Shown piece after piece: positions 11,225 to 19,922 of a DNA stretch of 64,000 bases. Positions within the stretch are counted from its first letter, which is position 1. Each line of letters opens with the position of its first letter. The notes beneath the pieces were generated by a model that did not search any database, was not told the origin of the DNA, and worked only from the letters and a program-made list of their open reading frames with translations. This DNA is from Escherichia phage ECp13. The stretch lies in the sequence record PP274704.1; one strand, 5' to 3'. The translations under genes were made by a program, and so were the position numbers.

Positions 11225-11232
11225 TATAAATA
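11225..11232 (+). promoter_or_regulatory. late promoter TATAAATA
   Basis: Exact TATAAATA 40 bp upstream of the IP-like gene at 11273. Confidence 0.55.
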
Positions 11233-11272
11233 TAGTAGTATATTAAATCCACGAATTAAAACAGGAAATAAG

Positions 11273-11746
11273 ATGAAATCATATGCTCAATTTTTAAATG
11301 AAGCGGTGTTAAATGAAGCATCTAGCACCGAAATTCAAGCCGTCGCAAAAGCAGCCATTGCAGCGGGTAAATATTCCTATAAAGATGCTTCTGACGAATC
11401 ACGATTCCAATTTGCTCGCGACATGAAAGCAGAAGGATTTACGGGAAATGCGGTTAGTATGGCCTGGAAAAGTCTAGTTGCTACTGGCGCTGCTTTTGCA
11501 AAGGCTTCGGGTAAACCTGCTCCTAAAGCAGATCCTAAAGCTGCACAAGAAAAAAATATCGTTAAAGGAATTATCGCTAAATATGAAGCTATCCTTAAAG
11601 AGCTTTTAGTAATCAAAACCGAAGGCCAAAAGTTAGCCCGTGCTTATAGTTTCAAAGATAATCCACATGTTCACTCTCTTGAGTATGTTGAAGACATTCA
11701 AAAAATTATTAAAGACCGCATTTGGTCTGCTAAACAAATCAAATAA
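11273..11746 (+). CDS. internal-protein-like protein with capsid targeting sequence
   Basis: 157 aa; N-terminus MKSYAQFLNEAVLNE; late promoter upstream; flanked by near-identical hairpins. Confidence 0.65.
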   Translation: MKSYAQFLNEAVLNEASSTEIQAVAKAAIAAGKYSYKDASDESRFQFARDMKAEGFTGNAVSMAWKSLVATGAAFAKASGKPAPKADPKAAQEKNIVKGIIAKYEAILKELLVIKTEGQKLARAYSFKDNPHVHSLEYVEDIQKIIKDRIWSAKQIK

Positions 11747-11754
11747 CATTCTTA

Positions 11755-11782
11755 ACCCCGACCAAAAGGTTGGGGCTTTTTG
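11755..11782 (+). terminator. intrinsic terminator hairpin (near-duplicate of 11196-11222)
   Basis: CCCCGACC-AAAA-GGTTGGGG followed by CTTTTT. Confidence 0.6.
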
Positions 11783-11914
11783 GTATCTAGGCCTTTCTGG
11801 ACCTCTCTAGGCATCATTTAGTTTATACCCTTTATAATATATTATCCTATCTTTTAATTGCCCCTCCCTGCCCTAGAATTCCCTAAAAATTTTTAAAAAT
11901 TTTTTCACAAAACT

Positions 11915-11944
11915 ATTTACATCCCTGTTCTTCCATGGTACTAT
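11915..11944 (+). promoter_or_regulatory. early promoter
   Basis: -35 ATTTACA, 17-bp spacer, -10 TACTAT; AT-rich upstream tract. Confidence 0.6.
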
Positions 11945-11988
11945 ACAACTATCAACTACTGATACAGAAAAACAACTTGGAGAATGAA

Positions 11989-12252
11989 ATGGATAATTAC
12001 GGCGAACTGTTCAACTTCTTTATGAAATGCGTTTCAGAAGATTTCGGTCGTACAGTGAATGATATTAAAGTTATCGGTCCTGACCATCCGATGTTTGAAA
12101 CTTACGCAGTAATGGGTAATGAAGACGGACAGTGGTATACTGTAAAGGTTGTGATTAACATGTTCACAGCAGAAGGTTATGTTAAACTGTCTTCTAAAGT
12201 TTACCACGATAACGACGAAATCGCAGAAGAATATTTCAATAATATGAAATAA
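11989..12252 (+). CDS. hypothetical protein
   Basis: ATG at 11989 after RBS GGAGA; 87 aa; ORF-track start 11935 lies inside the promoter. Confidence 0.55.
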   Translation: MDNYGELFNFFMKCVSEDFGRTVNDIKVIGPDHPMFETYAVMGNEDGQWYTVKVVINMFTAEGYVKLSSKVYHDNDEIAEEYFNNMK

Positions 12253-12282
12253 GTTTACATAGGCTCATGATTGAGATATTAT
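12253..12282 (+). promoter_or_regulatory. early promoter with flanking inverted repeat
   Basis: -35 GTTTACA, -10 TATTAT; 8-bp inverted repeat AGGCTCAT/ATGAGCCT brackets the -10. Confidence 0.55.
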
Positions 12283-12308
12283 GAGCCTACAATTTGAGGA
12301 AAACCGTT

Positions 12309-12839
12309 ATGTCTCTTTATACCGAACTGAATGAAACTTCCGAAAAATCTTTTGATGATATCTTATCAATAATGCAAAAACAGGTATTAGAACAGCTTAG
12401 TGAAGCCGCAAGCAATGGGCACAAGGCTTGTCGAGTCCAAAGCCCACATCGCCGCATGTATGAACGCCCTCTTATTAATTGGCTAGAAAGCGAAGGTCTT
12501 ACAGTTAAGATTTGCCCTGCTAAATTTGATGTCCCACGTATTCTTAATATTTACTGGGATAAACCGGCTGAGAAATCGGTTGAGAAAAGTGACCCTTGGG
12601 TTGTTAATGTAAAAACATGTGACAGTGGATGCTCACTTGAGGTGTCTGCTGTAATTAAAGGCACTCATGGTGAAAAATCATGGGGTTGGCCTAGTAAAGA
12701 TAAAGAAATCGTGTTAAGTGTAAAAGCTACTAGTATTAGTACTCCTATAGCTAAAAGCATTATCGCCGCCGCCGTTGAAGAAGCTGAACGAATTTGTAAA
12801 ATTAAAAATAGTTTACATCTCTTAAATAGTATGATATAA
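12309..12839 (+). CDS. hypothetical protein
   Basis: 176 aa from ATG at 12309. Confidence 0.55.
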   Translation: MSLYTELNETSEKSFDDILSIMQKQVLEQLSEAASNGHKACRVQSPHRRMYERPLINWLESEGLTVKICPAKFDVPRILNIYWDKPAEKSVEKSDPWVVNVKTCDSGCSLEVSAVIKGTHGEKSWGWPSKDKEIVLSVKATSISTPIAKSIIAAAVEEAERICKIKNSLHLLNSMI

Positions 12840-12840
12840 T
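12811..12840 (+). promoter_or_regulatory. early promoter
   Basis: -35 GTTTACA, 17 bp, -10 TATAAT. Confidence 0.6.
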
Positions 12841-12881
12841 TCTTCCACAGATTTTATTTTTAATCAACCTAAGGAAATACT

Positions 12882-13475
12882 ATGAACACACTGAAGAAAA
12901 TTGTTGAATTTATTCGCACTAAACTTGGTTCTGCTATGGCTAAAAATCTATCTGTTGAAGAACAGTATACTGCTGCAGCAGCAAAACTGCTTGATAAAAT
13001 TAAAGATCTAAAAACTGCTTCTGTTAAATCTATTAATGAAGAAAAACGTATTCGTGAACTTATTGTCGAAAAGAATCGACAGGCCGAATCAAAAGAGCGT
13101 GAAATTCGTAAACTTCTTTCCGAAGGTCAAGATGTAACAATGCATGCTAAACTCGGTTTACTATATCGTCGAACAGCTGAGCAGTTGACTACTAAGGCTG
13201 ACGGTTATGCTGAAATGCGAATTGAAATCGCCAAGAAAGTAGTTGAGTTAGATGATGCTCGCCAAGAACTTGCAGTTAAATTGGAATATATCCGTGAAAC
13301 TCGTGCAGCAAATGCCCTTGGAATTAGTACTGCCGATGATGTAGTTGAAATTGCAGCACTGACTAAGGTTGATATTGAAGATACTCTTGCTCGAGTTGAA
13401 ACCTTTAACGGTAATATTTCTGGGGTTGAAACTACCTCTGCCGATGTTCAGGAATACATTAATTCTCTGAAATAA
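12882..13475 (+). CDS. coiled-coil protein
   Basis: 197 aa, heptad-rich K/E/R sequence; RBS AAGGAAA. Confidence 0.55.
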   Translation: MNTLKKIVEFIRTKLGSAMAKNLSVEEQYTAAAAKLLDKIKDLKTASVKSINEEKRIRELIVEKNRQAESKEREIRKLLSEGQDVTMHAKLGLLYRRTAEQLTTKADGYAEMRIEIAKKVVELDDARQELAVKLEYIRETRAANALGISTADDVVEIAALTKVDIEDTLARVETFNGNISGVETTSADVQEYINSLK

Positions 13476-13479
13476 TGAT

Positions 13480-13498
13480 AAGGGGCTTCGGCCCCTTA
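13480..13498 (+). terminator. GC hairpin (weak terminator)
   Basis: AAGGGGCTTCGGCCCCTT with no clear T-run. Confidence 0.4.
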
Positions 13499-13516
13499 TA
13501 CTTGGAGTAAATAGGA

Positions 13517-14131
13517 ATGAAAATGAAAATGCAAAGTGATTTCAATTCAATGTTTGAAGAGTTCCAAAGACAGGTTGATGTTCCAGATCAATTACTAAAT
13601 GCTCTTAAGCGTATGGCAGAAGGACGTAATTACTATTGGGGGTCTTCATATGAAACTGATGAAAGCCTTTCCGGAAGATTTTCTAGAGGTAAAAAGTCTT
13701 TAATACGTCCTGGAATACTCATTAACAGTATTGAATCAATTCATTCATTGACATGTGATTTTGATGTTGAATTTACTGATTTCATTTCTCCTGAATGGAC
13801 AGTTTGTTATTTAAATGACGATTATGATTATCTTGGCGTTTATAGTTTAAGTGACGCATGGTTTAAACGTAATTTACAAAAGTCAAATTTGTTCTATATT
13901 GATACTACGGTAAAATTTCAGGGAAAGAAATATTTCTTTACTCTTATAATTGATTCTGAAACAAAGCATGAAAATAAACGTATTCTTAGTAAAAAGAATA
14001 TCTTAACTATTGTTGATGATCTTTTTGATAAATTCGTGGAAAATCCCAATTTTGAAAGCGATTTATTATTAGAAAAATTTGTTAAGGAATGTAGAGAATA
14101 TGTCAAAGCCATCACTATACCTTCCAAGTAA
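13517..14131 (+). CDS. hypothetical protein, first member of a C-terminal ECR-motif paralog array
   Basis: 204 aa; C-terminus EKFVKECREY shared with the next three ORFs. Confidence 0.55.
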   Translation: MKMKMQSDFNSMFEEFQRQVDVPDQLLNALKRMAEGRNYYWGSSYETDESLSGRFSRGKKSLIRPGILINSIESIHSLTCDFDVEFTDFISPEWTVCYLNDDYDYLGVYSLSDAWFKRNLQKSNLFYIDTTVKFQGKKYFFTLIIDSETKHENKRILSKKNILTIVDDLFDKFVENPNFESDLLLEKFVKECREYVKAITIPSK

Positions 14132-14492
14132 ACCTGTGAAGTATGAATTAAAGCGTCAGATAATTTCTACTGATGTGTTAATAGGTCCTGTGGTAGCTGT
14201 ATCATTTGTGATTTTGCTGATTGCTGGAATGGTTATAGACGTTATGACTGATATTGAATCTGGTGTAATATTTGGAGCAACACTAATTCTTCCATTGGTA
14301 GTTCCGTTTTTATTAGTACCTGTAAATTGGGTAGGATACTGGTATCAAGGAAGACACTATCGTAAACGCGTACGCGAATGGAAAGCTCAGTGTAAAAAGA
14401 TTAAAAAGGAACACCAGCTTAAACTTGATATGTATGAATTTAATGAAATTATGAAATTTGTTAAGGAATCACGATGCAAAAGCCAAAACTAA
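14100..14492 (+). CDS. small two-helix membrane protein, paralog array member
   Basis: ATG at 14100; two hydrophobic helices; C-terminus KFVKESRCK. Confidence 0.55.
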   Translation: MSKPSLYLPSKPVKYELKRQIISTDVLIGPVVAVSFVILLIAGMVIDVMTDIESGVIFGATLILPLVVPFLLVPVNWVGYWYQGRHYRKRVREWKAQCKKIKKEHQLKLDMYEFNEIMKFVKESRCKSQN

Positions 14493-14836
14493 ATAAAGTT
14501 AAATATTCGTTTCCTGAGGCACTATTAATTCTTGCCGTATCAGCATTTGTAGCTCTTGCAGGTAGTCTTATTGGATTAATGATTGACTGTATTATTTTAA
14601 ACATCGACGGCCCAGTAATTATAGAAGAGGTTTGGAGTGAACTTCGTTATACTATAGCGATTTCATTATTTTCATTCTTTGGTACCATGTTATATTTTCA
14701 TTATGATAATTTTAAAATAAATTGGCAAAGAAAAAAGGATTACAAAATACAATTAAAGGAATATAATAGCTACATGTCTTATATTGAAAATGAATCAATG
14801 AAAGAGTTTGTGAGTGATTGTAGGAAAATCAAATGA
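14474..14836 (+). CDS. small two-helix membrane protein, paralog array member
   Basis: 120 aa; N-terminus MQKPKLNKVKY resembles MSKPSLYLPSKPVKY of the preceding ORF; C-terminus EFVSDCRKIK. Confidence 0.55.
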   Translation: MQKPKLNKVKYSFPEALLILAVSAFVALAGSLIGLMIDCIILNIDGPVIIEEVWSELRYTIAISLFSFFGTMLYFHYDNFKINWQRKKDYKIQLKEYNSYMSYIENESMKEFVSDCRKIK

Positions 14837-15321
14837 TTTTAAAAACTCGCTGGTATGATTTAGATGATGGGGACGATGGCATTTCATTTGATAGAGTTGA
14901 CTGGAGCGGCTGTTCTGAAGATACAAAGAAACGATTAATTAGGGAGTTTAGAATGGGATATCAAGCAGTTAAGCCATCTACTGTAACAGATGATAAATTC
15001 GTGTGTATTCAAAATGGCCGTGCTAAGTTAACGAATGCTGATTGGTTTACAGGCAAGAATATGCTTTTATGGTATATCATTAGTCTTCCTGTGTCATCAT
15101 TCGTATTTTATTTCTTTGGAAAAAATCCAATGGATAGAATAGGAGATTGGGCTCTTTTTACTCTGCTTGTTAATATTTTTATAACAGCAGTAATATCAGG
15201 AATATGGTGCGTGTTCATTGAAATGCCATGGCGGTTACGTAGGCAGCAAAAGATTTTTGATGAAAAGAAATATACCCAAAATTTAAATAACTTTATCACT
15301 GAATGCAGGAAATTAAAATGA
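14833..15321 (+). CDS. membrane protein, paralog array member
   Basis: 162 aa; soluble N-domain plus two hydrophobic helices; C-terminus NFITECRKLK. Confidence 0.55.
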   Translation: MILKTRWYDLDDGDDGISFDRVDWSGCSEDTKKRLIREFRMGYQAVKPSTVTDDKFVCIQNGRAKLTNADWFTGKNMLLWYIISLPVSSFVFYFFGKNPMDRIGDWALFTLLVNIFITAVISGIWCVFIEMPWRLRRQQKIFDEKKYTQNLNNFITECRKLK

Positions 15322-15758
15322 AAACACTATCAGCTGGTATTATCTTTATGACAGAAGATAAAGATTTATTTATGGGACGAGTTACTGGTTCTCGTAAACC
15401 TGGAATGATGGCACATCGCTGGGATATTCCAAAGGGCCGTGTAGAAAGTTCTGATTTGAATGCACTGGAAGCTGCAAAAAGAGAATGCTCAGAAGAGACT
15501 GGTTTTATCGATTATAATTCAGACCTTCTAGAAGACCTAGGTGTATTTAAATATTCTAGTAATAAAGACTTACAGTTATTTTATTATACGATTCCAGTAG
15601 AGCATGAGATGTTTAGAAATTGCCATTGCGAGTCTTATTTTGAAAATAAAGATGGTGTTATGATTCCAGAGATGGATGCTTTTGCCCTTATTCCTCGTAC
15701 TCAGTGGCAATATGTGATGGGTCCTTCACTTTACCGAATAATGAACAGCCTCTTTTAA
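15303..15758 (+). CDS. nudE: Nudix hydrolase NudE
   Basis: 151 aa; Nudix box GRVESSDLNALEAAKRECSEETGF; position upstream of e as in T4. Confidence 0.8.
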   Translation: MQEIKMKTLSAGIIFMTEDKDLFMGRVTGSRKPGMMAHRWDIPKGRVESSDLNALEAAKRECSEETGFIDYNSDLLEDLGVFKYSSNKDLQLFYYTIPVEHEMFRNCHCESYFENKDGVMIPEMDAFALIPRTQWQYVMGPSLYRIMNSLF

Positions 15759-16289
<531 letters not shown>

Positions 16290-16293
16290 AGTT

Positions 16294-16323
16294 GTTTACT
16301 TTCTCCTAGAATTGTGATAGTAT
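16294..16323 (+). promoter_or_regulatory. early promoter
   Basis: -35 GTTTACT, about 17 bp, -10 TAGTAT. Confidence 0.55.
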
Positions 16324-16348
16324 ATTAACAGTTACTTGGAGGGATAAA

Positions 16349-16765
16349 ATGACTCGTATTAATTTGACTTTAGTATCTGAACTTGCTGATCAACATTTAA
16401 TCGCAGAATACCGTGAACTGCCGCGTGTTTTTGGTATAGTTCGTAAACATGTTGCAAATGGTAAGCGGGTTAAAGATTTTAAAATATCTTCCGAGTTTAT
16501 TTTAGGTTCTGGTCATGTCACGTTCTTTTACGATAAGTTAGAATTTTTGCGAAAGCGTCAATCAGACATTATAACGGAATGCTTAAAACGTGGGTTCAGT
16601 ATAAAAGATACTGAAGTTCCTGACATCAGCGATATTCCAGCAGAATGGAAAAATGATTATAATCCATGCAAATCAGCTATTAAATTGAGCCAACAACGAC
16701 TCGATGAAAAAATTTTAATGAAGCCATACTGGTATAAATACTACGGTAAAACTATTTACATTTAA
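16349..16765 (+). CDS. denV: endonuclease V (pyrimidine dimer DNA glycosylase)
   Basis: 138 aa; [17 protein letters not shown]...YRELPRVFG clearly homologous to T4 endo V but diverged. Confidence 0.92.
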   Translation: MTRINLTLVSELADQHLIAEYRELPRVFGIVRKHVANGKRVKDFKISSEFILGSGHVTFFYDKLEFLRKRQSDIITECLKRGFSIKDTEVPDISDIPAEWKNDYNPCKSAIKLSQQRLDEKILMKPYWYKYYGKTIYI

Positions 16766-16774
16766 AGGAAACAC

Positions 16775-17248
16775 ATGAAAACATATCAAGAATTTATCAC
16801 TGAAGCAGCTATTAATTCTCAAATTATCGCTGAATCTTTTATTGATCTTTTGAAATTTAAAAAAGGTCAAAAAATCACTGCTGTATTGGATGATGGTACA
16901 GAAGTTGAGATGGATGTACAGGGATATAATTATGCAGTAGATGGAAAACTGTATAATAAATCTCATGCTAAATTTGATTCATTTGACGATTTTGTTAATA
17001 CAGTTGAAGATGAAAAAACTCGTAGATCCATTGCAACTGGCGACGCTAAGGTTCTTATGGCACATGGTCATGAACGTATCCGCGCGAAGCAGAATAAAAT
17101 GGGTGAAGATAATTTTGCATTAGTTGGTTATCAATCTGGTAAACAAACTTATGGTTATCAGCGTACTGCTACCATGTATAACAAAAATGGTAAAATCGCT
17201 TTCGTGAATAGCAAAGGTTCTATTCAGTACGTCAAATCATTCAAATAA
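16775..17248 (+). CDS. internal-protein-like protein with capsid targeting sequence
   Basis: 157 aa; N-terminus MKTYQEFITEAAINS matches the recalled T4 IP targeting sequence MKTYQEFIAEA. Confidence 0.65.
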   Translation: MKTYQEFITEAAINSQIIAESFIDLLKFKKGQKITAVLDDGTEVEMDVQGYNYAVDGKLYNKSHAKFDSFDDFVNTVEDEKTRRSIATGDAKVLMAHGHERIRAKQNKMGEDNFALVGYQSGKQTYGYQRTATMYNKNGKIAFVNSKGSIQYVKSFK

Positions 17249-17353
17249 GCAAATAAGAAATATGGGAACAAGCTGGACCTCATGATTCTATGAGGGATTC
17301 CCGCCAACCTGTAATAAGGTCGAGCCCGAGTGCGGTAATGGGTAAATACAGAA

Positions 17354-17941
17354 ATGGACAATTCATGCGCCATGGAATGGCCCAAATTTAGAGAGAATAA
17401 AATGAGAACATTTTTAACTGGTCCTTATCTATCCCTGATGAATGCTTTTACATACCATTCTGATGCTAGAGTAGAAGAAATTTGTAAAAACGATTATATC
17501 CTACCATTTGAAGACTTACTCAAACAGTATTGCACACTTCGACTAGATGGTGGACGTCAATCCGGTAAATCAACTGCTGTGACTAACTTTGCTGCTAATT
17601 GGCTGTATGATGGTGGAACAGTTATTGTTCTTTCTAATACTTCAGCTTACGCTAAAATTTCTGCAGGCCACATTAAAAAAGAATTTTCTCGTTATTCTAG
17701 TGACGATATTCGATTCCGCTTATTTACTGATTCTGTCCGTAGTTTTGTTGGTAATAGAGGCAGCAAGTTCAGAGGTTTATCGCTTTCGCGGATTTTGTAT
17801 ATAATCGATGAGCCGGTTAAATCTCCCGATATGGATAAAATTTACGATATTCATATTGAAACTGTACAATACTGTTGCAATAGTAAATGTTGCACTGGTG
17901 GTATTACTCGTCCGCAGTTTTTCGTAATCGGAATGCAATGA
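17354..17941 (+). CDS. P-loop NTPase-like protein
   Basis: Walker A-like GGRQSGKST; start uncertain (in-frame ATGs at 17354, 17372, 17402). Confidence 0.5.
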   Translation: MDNSCAMEWPKFRENKMRTFLTGPYLSLMNAFTYHSDARVEEICKNDYILPFEDLLKQYCTLRLDGGRQSGKSTAVTNFAANWLYDGGTVIVLSNTSAYAKISAGHIKKEFSRYSSDDIRFRLFTDSVRSFVGNRGSKFRGLSLSRILYIIDEPVKSPDMDKIYDIHIETVQYCCNSKCCTGGITRPQFFVIGMQ

Positions 17942-18267
17942 TGACAGACACACAGCTTTTCGAATATCTTTATTTTTCGCCAAAAACTATTAAAAATAAA
18001 TTGGTGAATCATTTTGAAATTTTGGCAAATAACAACGTCTTGAGCGAATTTTATCCTAAGCAATACAAATTACAAAAAGGTGTATTCAAAGGATGCAGAG
18101 TTTTGTGTACTGCTCCTAATGCAAGATTAATGAATAAAATTCCATATTTTACCATGGAATTTATTGATGGACCTTTTAAAGGACTAATCACCCAAAGTTT
18201 AATGGCATATGATTCTGAGCCATTTTTAATTAAAGAACAGTCTTGGATAAATTTATTTTCTAATTGA
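17938..18267 (+). CDS. hypothetical protein
   Basis: ATG overlapping preceding stop (ATGATGA); 109 aa. Confidence 0.45.
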   Translation: MMTDTQLFEYLYFSPKTIKNKLVNHFEILANNNVLSEFYPKQYKLQKGVFKGCRVLCTAPNARLMNKIPYFTMEFIDGPFKGLITQSLMAYDSEPFLIKEQSWINLFSN

Positions 18268-18273
18268 GGTTAT

Positions 18274-18636
18274 ATGAAAGCATATCAAATTCTTGAAGGC
18301 ACACATAAAGGTACTATTTATTTTGAAGATGGTATTCAAGCACGAATTATTGTTTCTAAAACCTTTAAAGAGGACTCTTTTGTAGACCCAGAAATTTTCT
18401 ACGGTTTGCACACCCGTGAAATTGAAATTGAACCACAGCCTACAGTTAAAATTGAAGGTGGTCAGCACCTGAACGTTAACGTTCTGCGTCGTGAAACTCT
18501 GGAAGATGCAGTTAAGCATCCGGAAAAATATCCGCAGCTGACCATCCGTGTATCCGGTTATGCAGTTCGCTTTAACTCTCTGACTCCGGAACAGCAGCGC
18601 GACGTTATCGCTCGTACCTTTACTGAGAGCTTGTAA
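18274..18636 (+). CDS. autonomous glycyl radical cofactor (GrcA/YfiD-like, T4 Y06I-like)
   Basis: 120 aa; C-terminal glycyl-radical motif [25 protein letters not shown]; GC-rich host-like codons in the 3' half. Confidence 0.75.
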   Translation: MKAYQILEGTHKGTIYFEDGIQARIIVSKTFKEDSFVDPEIFYGLHTREIEIEPQPTVKIEGGQHLNVNVLRRETLEDAVKHPEKYPQLTIRVSGYAVRFNSLTPEQQRDVIARTFTESL

Positions 18637-18857
18637 TGGCAAAGATAATTATTGAAGGTTCTAAAGATGTGTTAAATGCTTTCGCCGAATGGTTTAGTAA
18701 TTCAGGCGAACAGCAATTTAATGAAGCGTGGACCATGGGTGATATTGATGGAATTTATCCTACGACAGAAATTTCTGTTCAAGGATATGGCATTCATGAA
18801 CCTATTCGTTTAGTTGAATATGATTTATGTACTGGTGAGGAAGTCAAATATGATTGA
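18636..18857 (+). CDS. hypothetical protein
   Basis: 73 aa; start overlaps preceding stop (TAATG). Confidence 0.5.
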   Translation: MAKIIIEGSKDVLNAFAEWFSNSGEQQFNEAWTMGDIDGIYPTTEISVQGYGIHEPIRLVEYDLCTGEEVKYD

Positions 18858-19116
18858 AGATATTAAAGGTTATAAGCCACATACTGAAGAGAAAATTGGT
18901 AAAGTGAATGCTATCAAAGATGCTGAAGTTCGTTTAGGACTTATCTTTGACGCTTTATACGATGAATTCTGGGAAGCACTGGATAATTGTGAAGACTGTG
19001 AATTCGCGAAGAATTATGCTGAAAGCCTCGATCAGTTAACTATTGCTAAAACGAAACTCAAAGAAGCCAGTATGTGGGCTTGTCGTGCTGTGTTCCAACC
19101 AGAGGAAAAATATTAA
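18850..19116 (+). CDS. hypothetical protein
   Basis: 88 aa from ATG at 18850, overlapping preceding stop. Confidence 0.5.
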   Translation: MIEDIKGYKPHTEEKIGKVNAIKDAEVRLGLIFDALYDEFWEALDNCEDCEFAKNYAESLDQLTIAKTKLKEASMWACRAVFQPEEKY

Positions 19117-19394
19117 TGGCTCAATTAAGCGCAGGGTTTGGTTATGAGTATTATACTGCCCCTCGTCGTGTATCTGTTGCTCCTAAGAAAATTCAAAGTC
19201 TTGATGACTTCCAGGAAGTAGTCCGTAAAGCTTTCCAGGACTATGCGCGTTATCTTAAAGAAGATTCACAGGACTGTCTAGAAGAAGATGAAATTGCTTA
19301 CTATGAGCAGCGTCTTGAACAGCTTAAAAACCTACATGAGGTTCGTGCAGAAGTTACAAAGTCTATGAATAAATTGATTAGATTTAAAGAATAA
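19116..19394 (+). CDS. hypothetical protein
   Basis: 92 aa from ATG at 19116, overlapping preceding stop. Confidence 0.5.
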   Translation: MAQLSAGFGYEYYTAPRRVSVAPKKIQSLDDFQEVVRKAFQDYARYLKEDSQDCLEEDEIAYYEQRLEQLKNLHEVRAEVTKSMNKLIRFKE

Positions 19395-19396
19395 CT

Positions 19397-19426
19397 GTTT
19401 ACTTTTCCTCTTGACTGTGGTATAAT
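19397..19426 (+). promoter_or_regulatory. early promoter
   Basis: -35 GTTTACT, 17 bp, -10 TATAAT. Confidence 0.6.
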
Positions 19427-19453
19427 TTTTCTATCAGTTAAGAGGAGAATAAC

Positions 19454-19915
19454 ATGACTATCAATACAGAAGTTTTTATCCGTCGAAATAAGCTTCGTCG
19501 TCACTTTGAGTCGGAGTTTCGTCAAATTAACAATGAGATTCGTGAGGCATCAAAAGCAGCAGGAGTCTCATCGTTTCATCTAAAATATTCTCAGCATCTT
19601 CTTGATCGTGCAATTCAACGGGAGATTGATGAGACATATGTTTTTGAATTATTCCACAAAATAAAAGACCATGTTTTAGAAGTTAATGAATTCCTGAGTA
19701 TGCCTCCGCGTCCTGATATTGACGAGGATTTTATTGATGGGGTTGAATATCGTCCTGGACGTTTAGAAATCACAGATGGAAATCTTTGGCTTGGATTTAC
19801 GGTTTGTAAACCTAATGCGAAGTTCAAAGACCCGTCGCTTCAATGTAGGATGGCAATTATCAACAGTCGTCGTTTACCAGGAAAGGCTTCTAAAGCAGTA
19901 ATTAAAACTCAATGA
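19454..19915 (+). CDS. regB: site-specific endoribonuclease RegB
   Basis: 153 aa; sequence and length match recalled T4 RegB. Confidence 0.88.
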   Translation: MTINTEVFIRRNKLRRHFESEFRQINNEIREASKAAGVSSFHLKYSQHLLDRAIQREIDETYVFELFHKIKDHVLEVNEFLSMPPRPDIDEDFIDGVEYRPGRLEITDGNLWLGFTVCKPNAKFKDPSLQCRMAIINSRRLPGKASKAVIKTQ

Positions 19916-19922
19916 GGTAAGC

